Assembly: GCA_018269055.1 (NCBI GenBank)
Contig: JAFDVI010000013.1
Span: 2,621-66,620 of the forward strand
Direction of reading: 5' to 3'
Length of the DNA stretch: 64,000 bases
From: Acidobacteriota bacterium
GTDB lineage: Bacteria; Acidobacteriota; Blastocatellia; RBC074
Both the position numbers and the translations under genes were made by a program. The notes beneath the pieces were generated by a model. That model saw only the letters and a list, made by a program, of their open reading frames with translations, ran no database searches and was not told where the DNA came from. Position 1 is the first letter of the stretch. Each line of letters begins with the position of its first letter. Positions 22,387 through 32,461 of the stretch are shown here, piece by piece.

Positions 22387-23219
22387 TCGTGCTGATCCTT
22401 GACGCTTTCGTAGCCGTATTTTTCCAAACTGCGTTGGCCTTCATCGCTCATAACAGCGTCAAGAAAAGCGCGCGCCACATCCGGTTGCTTGCTCGCTCGT
22501 ATGACGGCAATCGGATACGCAATCGGTTCGTGCGAATCGGCTGGCGCGCGCGCCACGATTTGAACTGCGCCGTCGCGAGCGCGCACATCCGAAGCATACA
22601 CAATTCCGGCTTCGACTTCGCCGCGTGTGACGTAATCCAGCGCTTGCCGCACATCTTCGCCCAACACCAGCCGCGATTGAAGCGGCGTCCACAAATTGAA
22701 GTGCGTCAACGTTTGTTGGGCGTATTGCCCGGCCGGAACCGTTTTGGGATTGCCAATCGCGATTCGTTTGATTTGCGTGTTGTTCAAGTCGGCGAAGCTT
22801 TTCAGTTCAACAGTTTGCTCGGCGGGAGCAATCAAGACCAGTTCATTTCGCGCAAAATCTTGCCGCGTTTCCGGCGCGATCAATCTCTGCGCGGCAAGCG
22901 CGTCCATTTGCGTGTGCCCGGCGCTGGCGAACACATCCACCGGCGCGCCGGATTCAATCTGTTTTTGCAGCGTGCCCGAAGCGGCAAAGTTGAAATTGAC
23001 GCGCGCTCCTGTCTGTGCCTCAAACTGTTTTCCGATTTCCCGAAACGCATCCTGCAAACTGGCAGCGGCGGAAACAGTGATTTCATGTGCGGACGGTTTT
23101 GCCGATTCGGAACTGTGGCAACCGACGTCGAAAAATGCCAGCAACGCGCAAAAGCCCACGATTAGGATAAGTCTTTGTGTTTTGCTCATTTGCAGTTCTT
23201 CTACCGTTGAGGTTTGCAT
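22383..23219 (-). CDS. modA: Molybdate ABC transporter substrate-binding lipoprotein
   Basis: Lipobox-like DVGC; SAAASLQDAF, FAASGTLQKQIESGAPVDVFASA, IGNPKTVPAGQYA, AGIVYASD; alternative start 23189. Confidence 0.95.
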   Translation of the reverse strand: MQTSTVEELQMSKTQRLILIVGFCALLAFFDVGCHSSESAKPSAHEITVSAAASLQDAFREIGKQFEAQTGARVNFNFAASGTLQKQIESGAPVDVFASAGHTQMDALAAQRLIAPETRQDFARNELVLIAPAEQTVELKSFADLNNTQIKRIAIGNPKTVPAGQYAQQTLTHFNLWTPLQSRLVLGEDVRQALDYVTRGEVEAGIVYASDVRARDGAVQIVARAPADSHEPIAYPIAVIRASKQPDVARAFLDAVMSDEGQRSLEKYGYESVKDQHD

Positions 23220-23229
23220 TTGAACATCG

Positions 23230-23634
23230 TCAGGCGCGAATCAGCATCACTTCCGTGGCTTTGACCAGTGCGTACGCCGCAACACCTTTTTTCAATCCCA
23301 ATTCCCTGGCGGCATCGCTGGTGATGATGGATGTCACGGATTGTCCGCAAACATCAATCGTCACCTGCGCCAGCAATCCGGAATACCGGACGTTGGTGAT
23401 GATGCCCAGCAATTTGTTGCGACCGCTGATTTCGGTCAGCCCGGTGGATGTTCTGGGCTTCAATACCGCCACTTTTCGCGCGCCTGACAACCGTTCAATT
23501 TCGCTGCGCGGAATGCGATGATGCCCTCCGGCGGTTTTCACGGACTGAATCTTTTTCTGGTAAATCCAAAGCTTCAGCGTTTGGTAGCTGATGCCCAGCA
23601 TCTGAGCCGCATCGCGCAGCCTGACTTGTTCCAT
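23230..23634 (-). CDS. Excisionase/MerR-type HTH + TOBE molybdate-responsive regulator
   Basis: AAQMLGISYQTLKLWIY..KTAGGHHRIP plus ISGRNKL.G....V....VTSIITSDAARELGL..G..AYALVKATEVM; AGGAGG RBS. Confidence 0.9.
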   Translation of the reverse strand: MEQVRLRDAAQMLGISYQTLKLWIYQKKIQSVKTAGGHHRIPRSEIERLSGARKVAVLKPRTSTGLTEISGRNKLLGIITNVRYSGLLAQVTIDVCGQSVTSIITSDAARELGLKKGVAAYALVKATEVMLIRA

Positions 23635-23764
23635 ACATCCTCCTAATAGTTTGTTTGGTCGTATCTGGTCAATTCCTGTCGCATCACTTTAGACGGTTTT
23701 AGTCAGATTGGCGAAAAGAAAACCGCGATTCGCGGCGGTTGCAGGGCAGGAATGCTTTAGTAGA

Positions 23765-24091
23765 ATGCGAGCCATGCTCCTGAGTAGATTCGAAGTGTTG
23801 GCGCTGCTGCCGGACAAACAGGAAATCGAAGGCTTTCAAATTGTCGTGAATCCTTCAGGGCGAACAGTTTTACAGGAATGGACGCAAGCTTACGAAACAG
23901 TGGTGGATGGGTTGCCGGAAAAGTTTCATGCCAAGCTGGCCTGGCATAAAGGCCGCACTGATCTCGGCATTTTGATTTTCGTCCGAATCGGCGAAGACCC
24001 GAAAAAACAGGTCAGTTTTTATCTCAAGCCAGACCCGGAAAAGGTCAAGAAGCGGTATCGCATCAATCCGTACAAGCCGAAATCCAACTAA
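23765..24091 (+). CDS. Hypothetical protein (~105 aa), start uncertain
   Basis: Fills the intergenic gap divergent from the mod operon; protein-like composition; no motif recognised. Confidence 0.6.
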   Translation: MRAMLLSRFEVLALLPDKQEIEGFQIVVNPSGRTVLQEWTQAYETVVDGLPEKFHAKLAWHKGRTDLGILIFVRIGEDPKKQVSFYLKPDPEKVKKRYRINPYKPKSN

Positions 24092-24096
24092 ATCGC

Positions 24097-24151
24097 GTTC
24101 GTAGTTCCGCCTTCAGGCGGTCGTCTGCCGCCTGAAGGCGGAACTACGAAC
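24097..24151. repeat. REP doublet (REPIN-like), family B: GTAGTTCCGCCTTCAGGCGG
   Basis: Perfect 24-bp inverted repeat GTTCGTAGTTCCGCCTTCAGGCGG-N7-CCGCCTGAAGGCGGAACTACGAAC; each arm contains the CCGCCT-TC-AGGCGG palindrome. Confidence 0.85.
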
Positions 24152-25157
24152 TTGTCTTACCGTCTTTTCGTCGAACGCGCAGCACGGCAATTTTCGTAGA
24201 ATGATTGAAAGGCGTTGGATCAGGCAGGCTGGAAGCAACTTGCGTCGTCGCATGGCCGGTGAAGTCTTCAGCCACTGGAATCAATTCTTCAATTTCCAGA
24301 TACCCATCCGAACACAAAGCTTGCAGCGTTTGCTGAAACTCCGCGCCGCTGACGTACAGCGCGTTGTTGACGGCAACCAATCGGCCTCCGTCGGCAATGA
24401 GCGGGCGGATTTTGTTGATCAACCGCGCGTAATTGGTTTTTGCGTCCACCAATCCTTTACTGGTCGAAGCGAAAAACGGCGGATCGAGCAGCACGCAATC
24501 AAACAATTCACCGGCGCGAATCATGCGGCTGACCAGCGGCCAGAAATCGCCGGACTGAAAATCCGACTTGCGAATCGGAAATCCATTCAGCGTGTACGAA
24601 GTTTTCGCCACGTTCAGAAATGTGCGGTTCAGGTCAAGTTGAACAACGCGCGAAGCGCCCGCAGCCATTGCCGCGACCCCCAAACTGCCGGTGTAAGCAA
24701 ATGTGTTGAGGACACGTTGGCTGGCAAGATTTCGCAGAATCCAAGCGCGCAAGTTCTGCGTGTCCAAATAAAAACTGGCATCGCGATTCATCTGCAACGC
24801 GACGGAATACCACACGCCATGTTCGCGGATTTTGGTGCTGAGAGTTTCACCGGAAAGCAGAATGCCGTTGCGCGCTTCTGGCGTTGTCGCGTTGCGCGTT
24901 TTCAGCAAGACGGCGCTGATCCACGGCAAACGGGATTGATAAAATTCTTGCGCAGTTCTGATGATGGATTGGTTTTGTTCTGGCGTTTCGGCGTAATCGT
25001 GCAAAACCAGCGTATGCGCGTACAGGTCAACGGCCAGCGTCGGCCAGCCTTCGGTAAAGCCATTGAATAGTCGGAATGCCGCTTCGTGACGCGCGTCGAA
25101 GAATGCGGCACGCGCGTCGAGCGATTTGGCCAGGAAATTTTCAATACTGATTGTCAT
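24144..25157 (-). CDS. Class I SAM-dependent methyltransferase, RlmI/RlmK-like
   Basis: FRLFNGFTEG.P.L.VD.Y, VLNTFAYTGSLGVAA..AGA.RVVQLD, FDCVLLDPPFF; start at MTISIENF. Confidence 0.85.
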   Translation of the reverse strand: MTISIENFLAKSLDARAAFFDARHEAAFRLFNGFTEGWPTLAVDLYAHTLVLHDYAETPEQNQSIIRTAQEFYQSRLPWISAVLLKTRNATTPEARNGILLSGETLSTKIREHGVWYSVALQMNRDASFYLDTQNLRAWILRNLASQRVLNTFAYTGSLGVAAMAAGASRVVQLDLNRTFLNVAKTSYTLNGFPIRKSDFQSGDFWPLVSRMIRAGELFDCVLLDPPFFASTSKGLVDAKTNYARLINKIRPLIADGGRLVAVNNALYVSGAEFQQTLQALCSDGYLEIEELIPVAEDFTGHATTQVASSLPDPTPFNHSTKIAVLRVRRKDGKTSS

Positions 25158-25164
25158 AAATGAA

Positions 25165-25263
25165 GTAGCGCAACCAGCCATGGTTGCGCTGTCCCTGTAA
25201 AACGTTGGATTGTCACCAAAAGGATTTTCGAGAAAACAGCGCAACCATGGCTGGTTGCGCTAC
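25165..25263. repeat. REP doublet (REPIN-like), family C: GTAGCGCAACCAGCCATGGTTGCGCTGT
   Basis: Perfect 28-bp inverted repeat (25165-25192 / 25236-25263) with 43-nt spacer; internal palindrome AGCGCAACCA-GCCA-TGGTTGCGCT. Confidence 0.85.
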
Positions 25264-25266
25264 GAT

Positions 25267-26562
25267 TCAGCCGTTCATCGTTGCTTCGATTTCGTTGGGT
25301 TCTTTGGGGACACCGGTTGTCAGAACTTCAAAACCAGTATCGGTCACGACAACATCATCTTCGATGCGGACGCCGATGTTGAAGAATTCTTCGGGCACAT
25401 TTTCGGCTCCGGCAGCAATGTACACGCCGGGTTCGACGGTGAAAACCATTCCGGGTTCGAGCCGTCGCCAGTCGTCATCCAGTTTGTAGCGGCCTACATC
25501 GTGAACGTCCATTCCCAGCCAATGCCCCGTGCGGTGCATGAAGAATTTTTCGTAGGCCTTTGATGCGACGTTGTCTTTGACGCTGCCCGTTAACAGGCCG
25601 ACGTCAATCAATCCTTGCGTGACCACGTCAACGCTATGTTCGTGCAGCTTCATGAAACTTTCGCCGGGTTTGATCATCTTGATGACTTCTTTATTGGCGT
25701 TCAGCACGACTTCGTAAATGGCTTGTTGGGCTTTGGTGAATTTGCCGTTCGCGGGGAAAGTGCGCGTGATGTCGCCGGAAAACAGATCGTATTCGGCTCC
25801 GGCGTCAATCAACACCACGTCGCCGTCTTTGATCCGGTCGTTGTTGGTGTTGTAGTGCAAAATCGTTGAATTAAACCCCGCGCCGACAATTGAAGGATAG
25901 CCAACGCCACTCGCGCCGCGTTTGCGGAAGATATATTCGACGATGGCTTCCAGTTCGTATTCGTACATTCCCGGTTTGCAATGCTTCATGGCGGCGACGT
26001 GGCCTTCGGCGCTGATGGCCGCGGCGCGCCGCAAACTGTTCAAGTCTTCTTCATTCTTTCTTAGCCGCATTTCGTGAACGATGGTGACGGGATCAATGAT
26101 CGTCGTCGGAGCATACACACCGCCGCGAACCCGTTCGCGGATGTGTTTGACGCAGCCGAAAACCTTCTGGTCGAACTGCGCGCTTTGGCCGAAGCGGTAA
26201 TACAGCGTATGAACGTTTTGCAGATATTTCGGCAGCACCTGATCAAGTTCGGCAATGTCATACGCCGCGTCGGCTCCGAAACTCCTCACTGCGCCTTCGA
26301 CGCCTGCGCGCAATCCCGTCCAGATTTCTTCTTCGCGTTTGCGCGGACGAACGAACAGCGCGTATTTGTGTTCGGGATGATTGGGAGCCAGCACAGCGAC
26401 ACAATCCGGTTCGTTCAATCGCGTCAAATAGTAAAAATCCGTGTCCTGCCGAAACTCAAAATCGGTGTCCTGATTGCGGCGAACTTCGTGCGCGCTGGGG
26501 AAAATGGCGACGCTGTTTGGCTCCATCCTGGCCAAAAACTCGGTCAATCGAGAAGGTTTCAT
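25267..26562 (-). CDS. pepP: Xaa-Pro aminopeptidase (M24B)
   Basis: [22 protein letters not shown]...[38 protein letters not shown]. Confidence 0.96.
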   Translation of the reverse strand: MKPSRLTEFLARMEPNSVAIFPSAHEVRRNQDTDFEFRQDTDFYYLTRLNEPDCVAVLAPNHPEHKYALFVRPRKREEEIWTGLRAGVEGAVRSFGADAAYDIAELDQVLPKYLQNVHTLYYRFGQSAQFDQKVFGCVKHIRERVRGGVYAPTTIIDPVTIVHEMRLRKNEEDLNSLRRAAAISAEGHVAAMKHCKPGMYEYELEAIVEYIFRKRGASGVGYPSIVGAGFNSTILHYNTNNDRIKDGDVVLIDAGAEYDLFSGDITRTFPANGKFTKAQQAIYEVVLNANKEVIKMIKPGESFMKLHEHSVDVVTQGLIDVGLLTGSVKDNVASKAYEKFFMHRTGHWLGMDVHDVGRYKLDDDWRRLEPGMVFTVEPGVYIAAGAENVPEEFFNIGVRIEDDVVVTDTGFEVLTTGVPKEPNEIEATMNG

Positions 26563-26759
26563 CGTTGCTCCTTAGGGGTAGAAAATATGATTGCTTGAAA
26601 CGCGGATAGTATTGCATGACCCAGACGAACCGGAAAAAAGGCGTGAATAATCAACCTGCTGTTGCTCCGGATTGGGAAATTTTGGACGACCATCGGTTAA
26701 GGTTGCGTGTGGAGCGAGCGCAGAAAGGATACGCGAGCAGCGGCAGAAGGTCATTGGGC

Positions 26760-29177
26760 TTACTTGGGAATTTCTATACTCCAAATCGTCGTCGAGACAG
26801 ATTGTTTGCTGAAATAAATCCCTCGGTTATTGGGCAACCAGACGGGGCCGGAAAAGTGCAAACGGGAATCGGAATTTGAGGTAAGCATTCTTGGATGACC
26901 AGCCACCAATGGAGTGATCCAAATGTTATCGCTATTCTTTTGGCGCGAGGTGAATCCGAGCAGTTCGCCATCGGGCGACAGCCGCAGGCTGTTGAAATAA
27001 ACCGACGGAAATTCTGCGACGGATTCGACTCCGTTTCCATCCAGAAAAATACGAATCAACTTCAAATTGGATGTAGCACCTGTTTCTTCTGCAGCGACAA
27101 GCCCGGCCAGAAAATGAGTTCCGCGCGACGACCATCCAACCATTCGCAAAAGTGAGTCCGTTTGGAATAAGGTTCTAGATCGTCCGTTTTCATAAACCAT
27201 GATGCTTCTGGTGGTTTTACCATTCACTTTGGTTTGGGCCAGATAAACCAATCGCTTTCCGTCGGAAGACCACATCGGCGAAAAAAATTTGATGGCCTTG
27301 TCGGTGTTGTCCGTGAGCATCTTTTCTTGCTCGCCGTTGGCAGAAACCTGCCAAAGATTCATCGCCGAAGGATCAATTCCACAAAACACCAGATTCATTC
27401 CGTCCGGCGACCAATTGTAGTTGTAAGGTTGTTTCCAATTGTAAGGTTTCGTGCCAAAGCCATTGGGTATCACACTGATGGTGGAGAGTTGTTTTTGTTG
27501 TGCGCCGTCGCTTCTGACTGTCCAAAGCTTATAAACTCCATTCCCGCCACGCAAAAACGCCAGGCGATCTCCGTTCGGCGACCAGCGCGCATCGAATCCA
27601 TTAGCCGCCAGTTCATGCTCAAAGTTGGCGCTGCCAGAATTCCTGGTGATCAACGTACTCCGCAGAACATTGAAACCGTTGTTGGTTTTTTGTACGACAA
27701 TTGAGTTTCCATCGGGCGAGACATCGGGCCAAACTTTCAGCATTGGGTCTGAGGTGAGTTGTGTTTCGGCTTCGGCTTTCAAGTCACGGAAAAAAATATC
27801 CGATTCCTCCGTCGTGACTGCGTAAAAGATTTTTCTTCCATCCGGGGAAACATACGCTGGTGTTACATCATTCGGGCTGGACCACAATTGAACAGGTTTT
27901 CGTCCATCCAGATAGGCGACGCAAAGTTGATTAATGCCATTGCTGGTTGACCGGTACAAAAGCCTGTTGCCGTCAGGGAACCAGACGGGAGAACTGTTTT
28001 GCTCTCCTTCATGGGTTACTTGAACCGGAGAGCTTCCACTGAGAGAGGCGACAAAAATGCGAGCCGCTCCATTGATTGGCTGCATATAGGCGATCTTTTT
28101 TTCATCGTTGGAAATCGCAATGCCGCTTTTGGGCGGATTGGCAGAGGAAAAATCCGTTAGCTTGGACATTTGGCCGGAATTCAAGTCCAGCACAAACAGG
28201 TCTTGCGCGGATGTGTAAAAGATTCTTGAACCGTCTTTCGACCAACATAACAGTTGCAGGTATTCGTCTCCCAGGGAGCGAATCATTTCTCCTTTACCAC
28301 CCAGCGATGGGATGATCCAAAGCTCATTGCCCTGCTGGCGTCGGGAAAGGTAAGCGATTCGCTGTCCGTCCGGCGACCAGACCGGACTGTAATCCGACCA
28401 TTTTTCGTTTGTTACGGCGATGGTTTTGCCGCCCTTGATTTGCTGAACGTAAATATCTGTCTGTTCGGCATCTCCTTTGGAAAAAGCGATCAGATTGCCG
28501 TCGTGTGATGATTGAATTAGTGCTGAACTCGCAATGAATCCGCCTTTCCAGCTATCCAGCCGAATTTGCTTGAGCTTGCTCACCTCAATGGATTCCGCGT
28601 CCGTGGCAGATCGGAACCATAACAACGGGAGCGCCACCGCAATCAGCGTCAATCCCATCAGGTATGGCCAAGGGGGAAGAGAAAAATTTCTTTTTTGAAG
28701 ACCAGGTTCCTGAACTGACTCGTGCTGGTCAATTTTCAAGATTGATTCAGAAACTTGATTGGTAAAAGCCGAGAGCGACGGCTGCCAAGTGGTCACCAGG
28801 TCAGCATCTACTTCTCGAACTTCGTGGACAAACTGGTAACCCCGTTTCGGGATTGTACGAATGTAAGGGTTTTGATCAGATTGGCCATTTTCCTTCTCGT
28901 CAACTTCCTTGCCATGATCCGCTTTTCCGGTGGCCAAAATTTTACGCAAAAGCGAAATATTTTTTGCAATGTTGATCTCCTCAACAACAGTGTCCGGCCA
29001 GACGCGAGCCATTAATTCTTCTTTGGTGACGATCCGGGAGCGATTCTCAATCAGCGCCACAAGAATCTCGAACGCTTTCGGGGCCAGAGGAAGATGTTTC
29101 CCTTCATCCAGCAGGATGTGTTGCTGCAAATCCAGGGTGAACTTATCGAACACTAAAAGCTTGGTAGCATTAGACAT
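26760..29177 (-). CDS. CadC-type winged-helix DNA-binding protein with TM and TolB-like (PD40) beta-propeller
   Basis: LAPKAFEILVAL..VTKEELMARVWPDTVVEE.N...IRTIPKRGYQF, one TM, repeated xWSPDG motifs. Confidence 0.9.
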   Translation of the reverse strand: MSNATKLLVFDKFTLDLQQHILLDEGKHLPLAPKAFEILVALIENRSRIVTKEELMARVWPDTVVEEINIAKNISLLRKILATGKADHGKEVDEKENGQSDQNPYIRTIPKRGYQFVHEVREVDADLVTTWQPSLSAFTNQVSESILKIDQHESVQEPGLQKRNFSLPPWPYLMGLTLIAVALPLLWFRSATDAESIEVSKLKQIRLDSWKGGFIASSALIQSSHDGNLIAFSKGDAEQTDIYVQQIKGGKTIAVTNEKWSDYSPVWSPDGQRIAYLSRRQQGNELWIIPSLGGKGEMIRSLGDEYLQLLCWSKDGSRIFYTSAQDLFVLDLNSGQMSKLTDFSSANPPKSGIAISNDEKKIAYMQPINGAARIFVASLSGSSPVQVTHEGEQNSSPVWFPDGNRLLYRSTSNGINQLCVAYLDGRKPVQLWSSPNDVTPAYVSPDGRKIFYAVTTEESDIFFRDLKAEAETQLTSDPMLKVWPDVSPDGNSIVVQKTNNGFNVLRSTLITRNSGSANFEHELAANGFDARWSPNGDRLAFLRGGNGVYKLWTVRSDGAQQKQLSTISVIPNGFGTKPYNWKQPYNYNWSPDGMNLVFCGIDPSAMNLWQVSANGEQEKMLTDNTDKAIKFFSPMWSSDGKRLVYLAQTKVNGKTTRSIMVYENGRSRTLFQTDSLLRMVGWSSRGTHFLAGLVAAEETGATSNLKLIRIFLDGNGVESVAEFPSVYFNSLRLSPDGELLGFTSRQKNSDNIWITPLVAGHPRMLTSNSDSRLHFSGPVWLPNNRGIYFSKQSVSTTIWSIEIPK

Positions 29178-29510
29178 AAGGACGGTAAACAATTTCCCAA
29201 CTTTTTCCCAATAAAGCTCAAAGATTTATGAGGAGCAATGTGCGATTAAAAAGAGAGCGCACATAGCCATAGGGCTGCGTAGCTTACAGTAAACCTACAC
29301 TGTGCCCAGGGAAAAAGAATAAAGTTTATGAATGGCACCTGCCAAATCTTAATCAAGTTACCCGTGCGTCCCGGCCAGCTTCCAGAAATGATGATAGCAG
29401 CTCCCTCACTTTGTTTGGAGGCTGACTCCTCTGTCCGTGCCAAATAACAAACTGGCTATCATCATTTCTGAAATGGAAGCGAGGCGTAATGGAATGTGGG
29501 GATAGGCTTT

Positions 29511-31682
29511 TCAGCCAATCAATGCCGGTTCCAGCAGGTATTCCTGCAAACTGAACCGTTTTTCGTCGGCGATGCGTGGGCGCGTGTAGCCGCCATCCAT
29601 TTTCAGCCAGCGCATTTTGACGTTGTCTTTTAAGGCCGGCTCCAGAATTTCGTGCGTGATGCGGTCCTTCAACCGCGGGTCTTCGATGGGGAAGAGAACT
29701 TCGACGCGACGGTCAAGGTTGCGATTCATCAAATCAGCGCTTCCCAAATACACCTGTTCGTCGCCGCCATTCAGGAAGCGGTAAATCCGCGAATGTTCCA
29801 GGAAACGTCCGACGATGCTGCCGACGCGAATGGTTTCGCTTCGTCCGGGCCAGCCCGGTCGCAAACAGCAGATGCCGCGCACGATCAAATCCACCGGCAC
29901 GCCTTCGCGCGAAGCGTTGTACATTTCTTCGACCATTCCCGCGTCTGTGAAGCTGTTGAATTTGGCCGTGATGCCTGCCGGGCGGCCGGATTGATGGTGC
30001 GCGATTTCGCGACGAATCATTTCCGTGAAGCTTTGGCGCAAATTCACTGGCGCAACCAGCAACTTGCGATACCGAATTTGCCGTGAATATCCGGTCAGGA
30101 AATTGAAGAGTTCCGAAACGTCTTTGCCGAAATCTTCGTGGCAGGTGAAAAATCCCAGGTCGGTGTAAATGCGGGCGGTGGCAGGGTTGTAATTGCCCGT
30201 TCCCAGGTGAACGTACCGGCGCAAATCGGTTTTTTCCTGCCGAACGACCAGCGATACCTTGGCGTGCGTTTTTAGTCCTACCAAGCCGTAAACCACGTGG
30301 ACGCCGGCCTTTTCCAGCCGTTTCGCCCAGAGAATGTTGTTTTCTTCGTCAAAACGCGCTTTCAATTCGACCAGCACCGCCACCTGCTTTCCGTTTTCGG
30401 ACGCTTCGATCAAAGCTTCGACAATCGGCGAATCTTTGCCTGCGCGATAGAGCGTTTGTTTGATGGCCAGCACGTTCGGATCGCGCGCGGCGGCTCGCAA
30501 AAACTCCACCACGGGCGCAAAGGATTCGTAAGGATGATGCACCAGAATGTCCTGATGGCGGATTGCATCAAAGATCGTTTCGCCCGAGCGAATCGCCGCC
30601 GGGGTGACGGGCGTGAACGGTTGATCTTTGAGTTCAGGCAGGTCGAGTTTGTACAGCGACATCAAATCCGGAATGTTCAGCGGCCCGTCGAAGGTGTAAA
30701 CATCGTGTTCTTCCAATTCCATCCATTGCCGCAACGATTTGACCATTTCCGGACTCATGCCGGAAGAAACTTCCAGCCGGACGTAAAACCCGAATCGGCG
30801 TTGGCGCAATTGTTGTTCGACGGTTTTCAGCAAATCCCCGGCTTCGTCTTCGACCAGTTCCAGGTCTGCGTCGCGTGTGATTCGGAACGGCTGGCATTCC
30901 AGCACATGCATGCCCGGAAACAATGCTTCGATATGAGCGGCGACGACTTCTTCCAACAACACAAAACAAAATCCTGCTTCGCATTTGACTGGAATCAGTC
31001 GCGGAACATTCGGCGGCAATTTGACACGCGCAAACCTGGGCTCTTCGTCAGTATGATTGGTTTCCGGAACCACCAGCGTCGCCAGGTTCAGACTGATGTT
31101 GGAAATCGAAGGAAACGGATGGCTGGGATCAACCGACAACGGGGTCAAAACAGGGAAGATACGATCGTTGAAAAATTCTTTCAGCTCGGCTTTCTGATCT
31201 TTGTTCAATTTGCCATACGGGATAATGCGAACACCGTATTCTTCCAGTCCGGGCAAAATCTGTTTGGTCAGACAGCGCGTTTGCACTTCCAGCAACGGGC
31301 GCAGCCGCTCGGAAAGCCGCCGCAGTTGTGCCGCAGGGGACAATCCGTCCGGCGACAGCATCAGCGGGTTGGATTCCATTTGTTCGACCAGACCCGAAAC
31401 GCGCACCATGAAAAACTCATCCAGGTTGGTCGAAAAGATCGAAAGAAACTTCAACCGTTCCAACAGTGGCTGCGACGGGTCCAAGGCTTCGTCCAAGACC
31501 CGGCTGTTAAATTCAATCCAGCTCAACTCCCGGTTGAGCATCGGAGCTTCTGCCAAAGAACCCGTAGCTCTTCTTTCAGTGAGCGTCGCTGTGCCGGCAG
31601 TGAGCGTCGCTGTGCCGGAACCTGAATAGGACGCATAAGGAGCAGCCGAAATTTTTTCTGTGGGGAGTTGCGCGGTTTCCAT
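29511..31682 (-). CDS. ppk1: Polyphosphate kinase 1
   Basis: [84 protein letters not shown]. Confidence 0.99.
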   Translation of the reverse strand: METAQLPTEKISAAPYASYSGSGTATLTAGTATLTERRATGSLAEAPMLNRELSWIEFNSRVLDEALDPSQPLLERLKFLSIFSTNLDEFFMVRVSGLVEQMESNPLMLSPDGLSPAAQLRRLSERLRPLLEVQTRCLTKQILPGLEEYGVRIIPYGKLNKDQKAELKEFFNDRIFPVLTPLSVDPSHPFPSISNISLNLATLVVPETNHTDEEPRFARVKLPPNVPRLIPVKCEAGFCFVLLEEVVAAHIEALFPGMHVLECQPFRITRDADLELVEDEAGDLLKTVEQQLRQRRFGFYVRLEVSSGMSPEMVKSLRQWMELEEHDVYTFDGPLNIPDLMSLYKLDLPELKDQPFTPVTPAAIRSGETIFDAIRHQDILVHHPYESFAPVVEFLRAAARDPNVLAIKQTLYRAGKDSPIVEALIEASENGKQVAVLVELKARFDEENNILWAKRLEKAGVHVVYGLVGLKTHAKVSLVVRQEKTDLRRYVHLGTGNYNPATARIYTDLGFFTCHEDFGKDVSELFNFLTGYSRQIRYRKLLVAPVNLRQSFTEMIRREIAHHQSGRPAGITAKFNSFTDAGMVEEMYNASREGVPVDLIVRGICCLRPGWPGRSETIRVGSIVGRFLEHSRIYRFLNGGDEQVYLGSADLMNRNLDRRVEVLFPIEDPRLKDRITHEILEPALKDNVKMRWLKMDGGYTRPRIADEKRFSLQEYLLEPALIG
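31577..31618. repeat. Perfect 21-bp tandem duplication in ppk1 5' region
   Basis: CAGTGAGCGTCGCTGTGCCGG x2; in-frame [14 protein letters not shown]. Confidence 0.9.
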
Positions 31683-31870
31683 ATTTTCTCATTCACCCTT
31701 TGAACCGAAAAATCGCTTGGGGAAAGCAGCTATGATTTTATGTGAGGCTGTGGTGAAGCGTCAATTTTTACACGCGGCGCATCCCAAAGAGCAACTTGCA
31801 CAGATGCAGAACGGCGCGGATAATGCCCGCTAATTTGCGAAGCTCCATAAAGGGAATCAGTAATCACAAT

Positions 31871-32461
31871 ATGAGCGCAGAGAGCAAAATGGATTTGGAC
31901 AAAATCGCCGCCGGAGTTCGTTTGATTTTGGAAGGCATCGGCGAAGACGTGACGCGGTCTGGAGTACTCGAAACGCCTCGCCGCGTGGCGGAGATGTACG
32001 AAGAAATCTGCGGAGGCTTGCACGAAGACCCGGCGGCAGAAATCAAGGTCATTCCCGGCGAATCGCAGGACGACATTGTGATGGTCAAAGACATTTCCAT
32101 CGCTTCGATCTGCGAACATCATCTGGTTCCATTCACTGGCGTTGCGCACATCGCCTACATCCCAAAGGATGGACGCATCATTGGTTTGTCAAAGCTGGCG
32201 CGGATTGCCGAAATTTTCGCCCGCCGCCCGCAGGTGCAGGAGCGGCTGACTTCGCAAATTGCCGAATTGTTGTATCGTGGTGAACTTCAACCTAAAGGCG
32301 TGATGGTGGTTATCGAGGCTGAGCACATGTGCATGACCATGCGCGGCGTGAAAAAGCCTGGCGCGACAACAATCACATCCGCCGTGCGCGGCGTATTTCG
32401 CAAGGACGAACGCACGCGCATCGAGGCAATGTCTTTTTTAACGGAGAACCGGCGTGGCTAA
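31871..32461 (+). CDS. folE: GTP cyclohydrolase I
   Basis: [53 protein letters not shown]. Confidence 0.98.
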   Translation: MSAESKMDLDKIAAGVRLILEGIGEDVTRSGVLETPRRVAEMYEEICGGLHEDPAAEIKVIPGESQDDIVMVKDISIASICEHHLVPFTGVAHIAYIPKDGRIIGLSKLARIAEIFARRPQVQERLTSQIAELLYRGELQPKGVMVVIEAEHMCMTMRGVKKPGATTITSAVRGVFRKDERTRIEAMSFLTENRRG

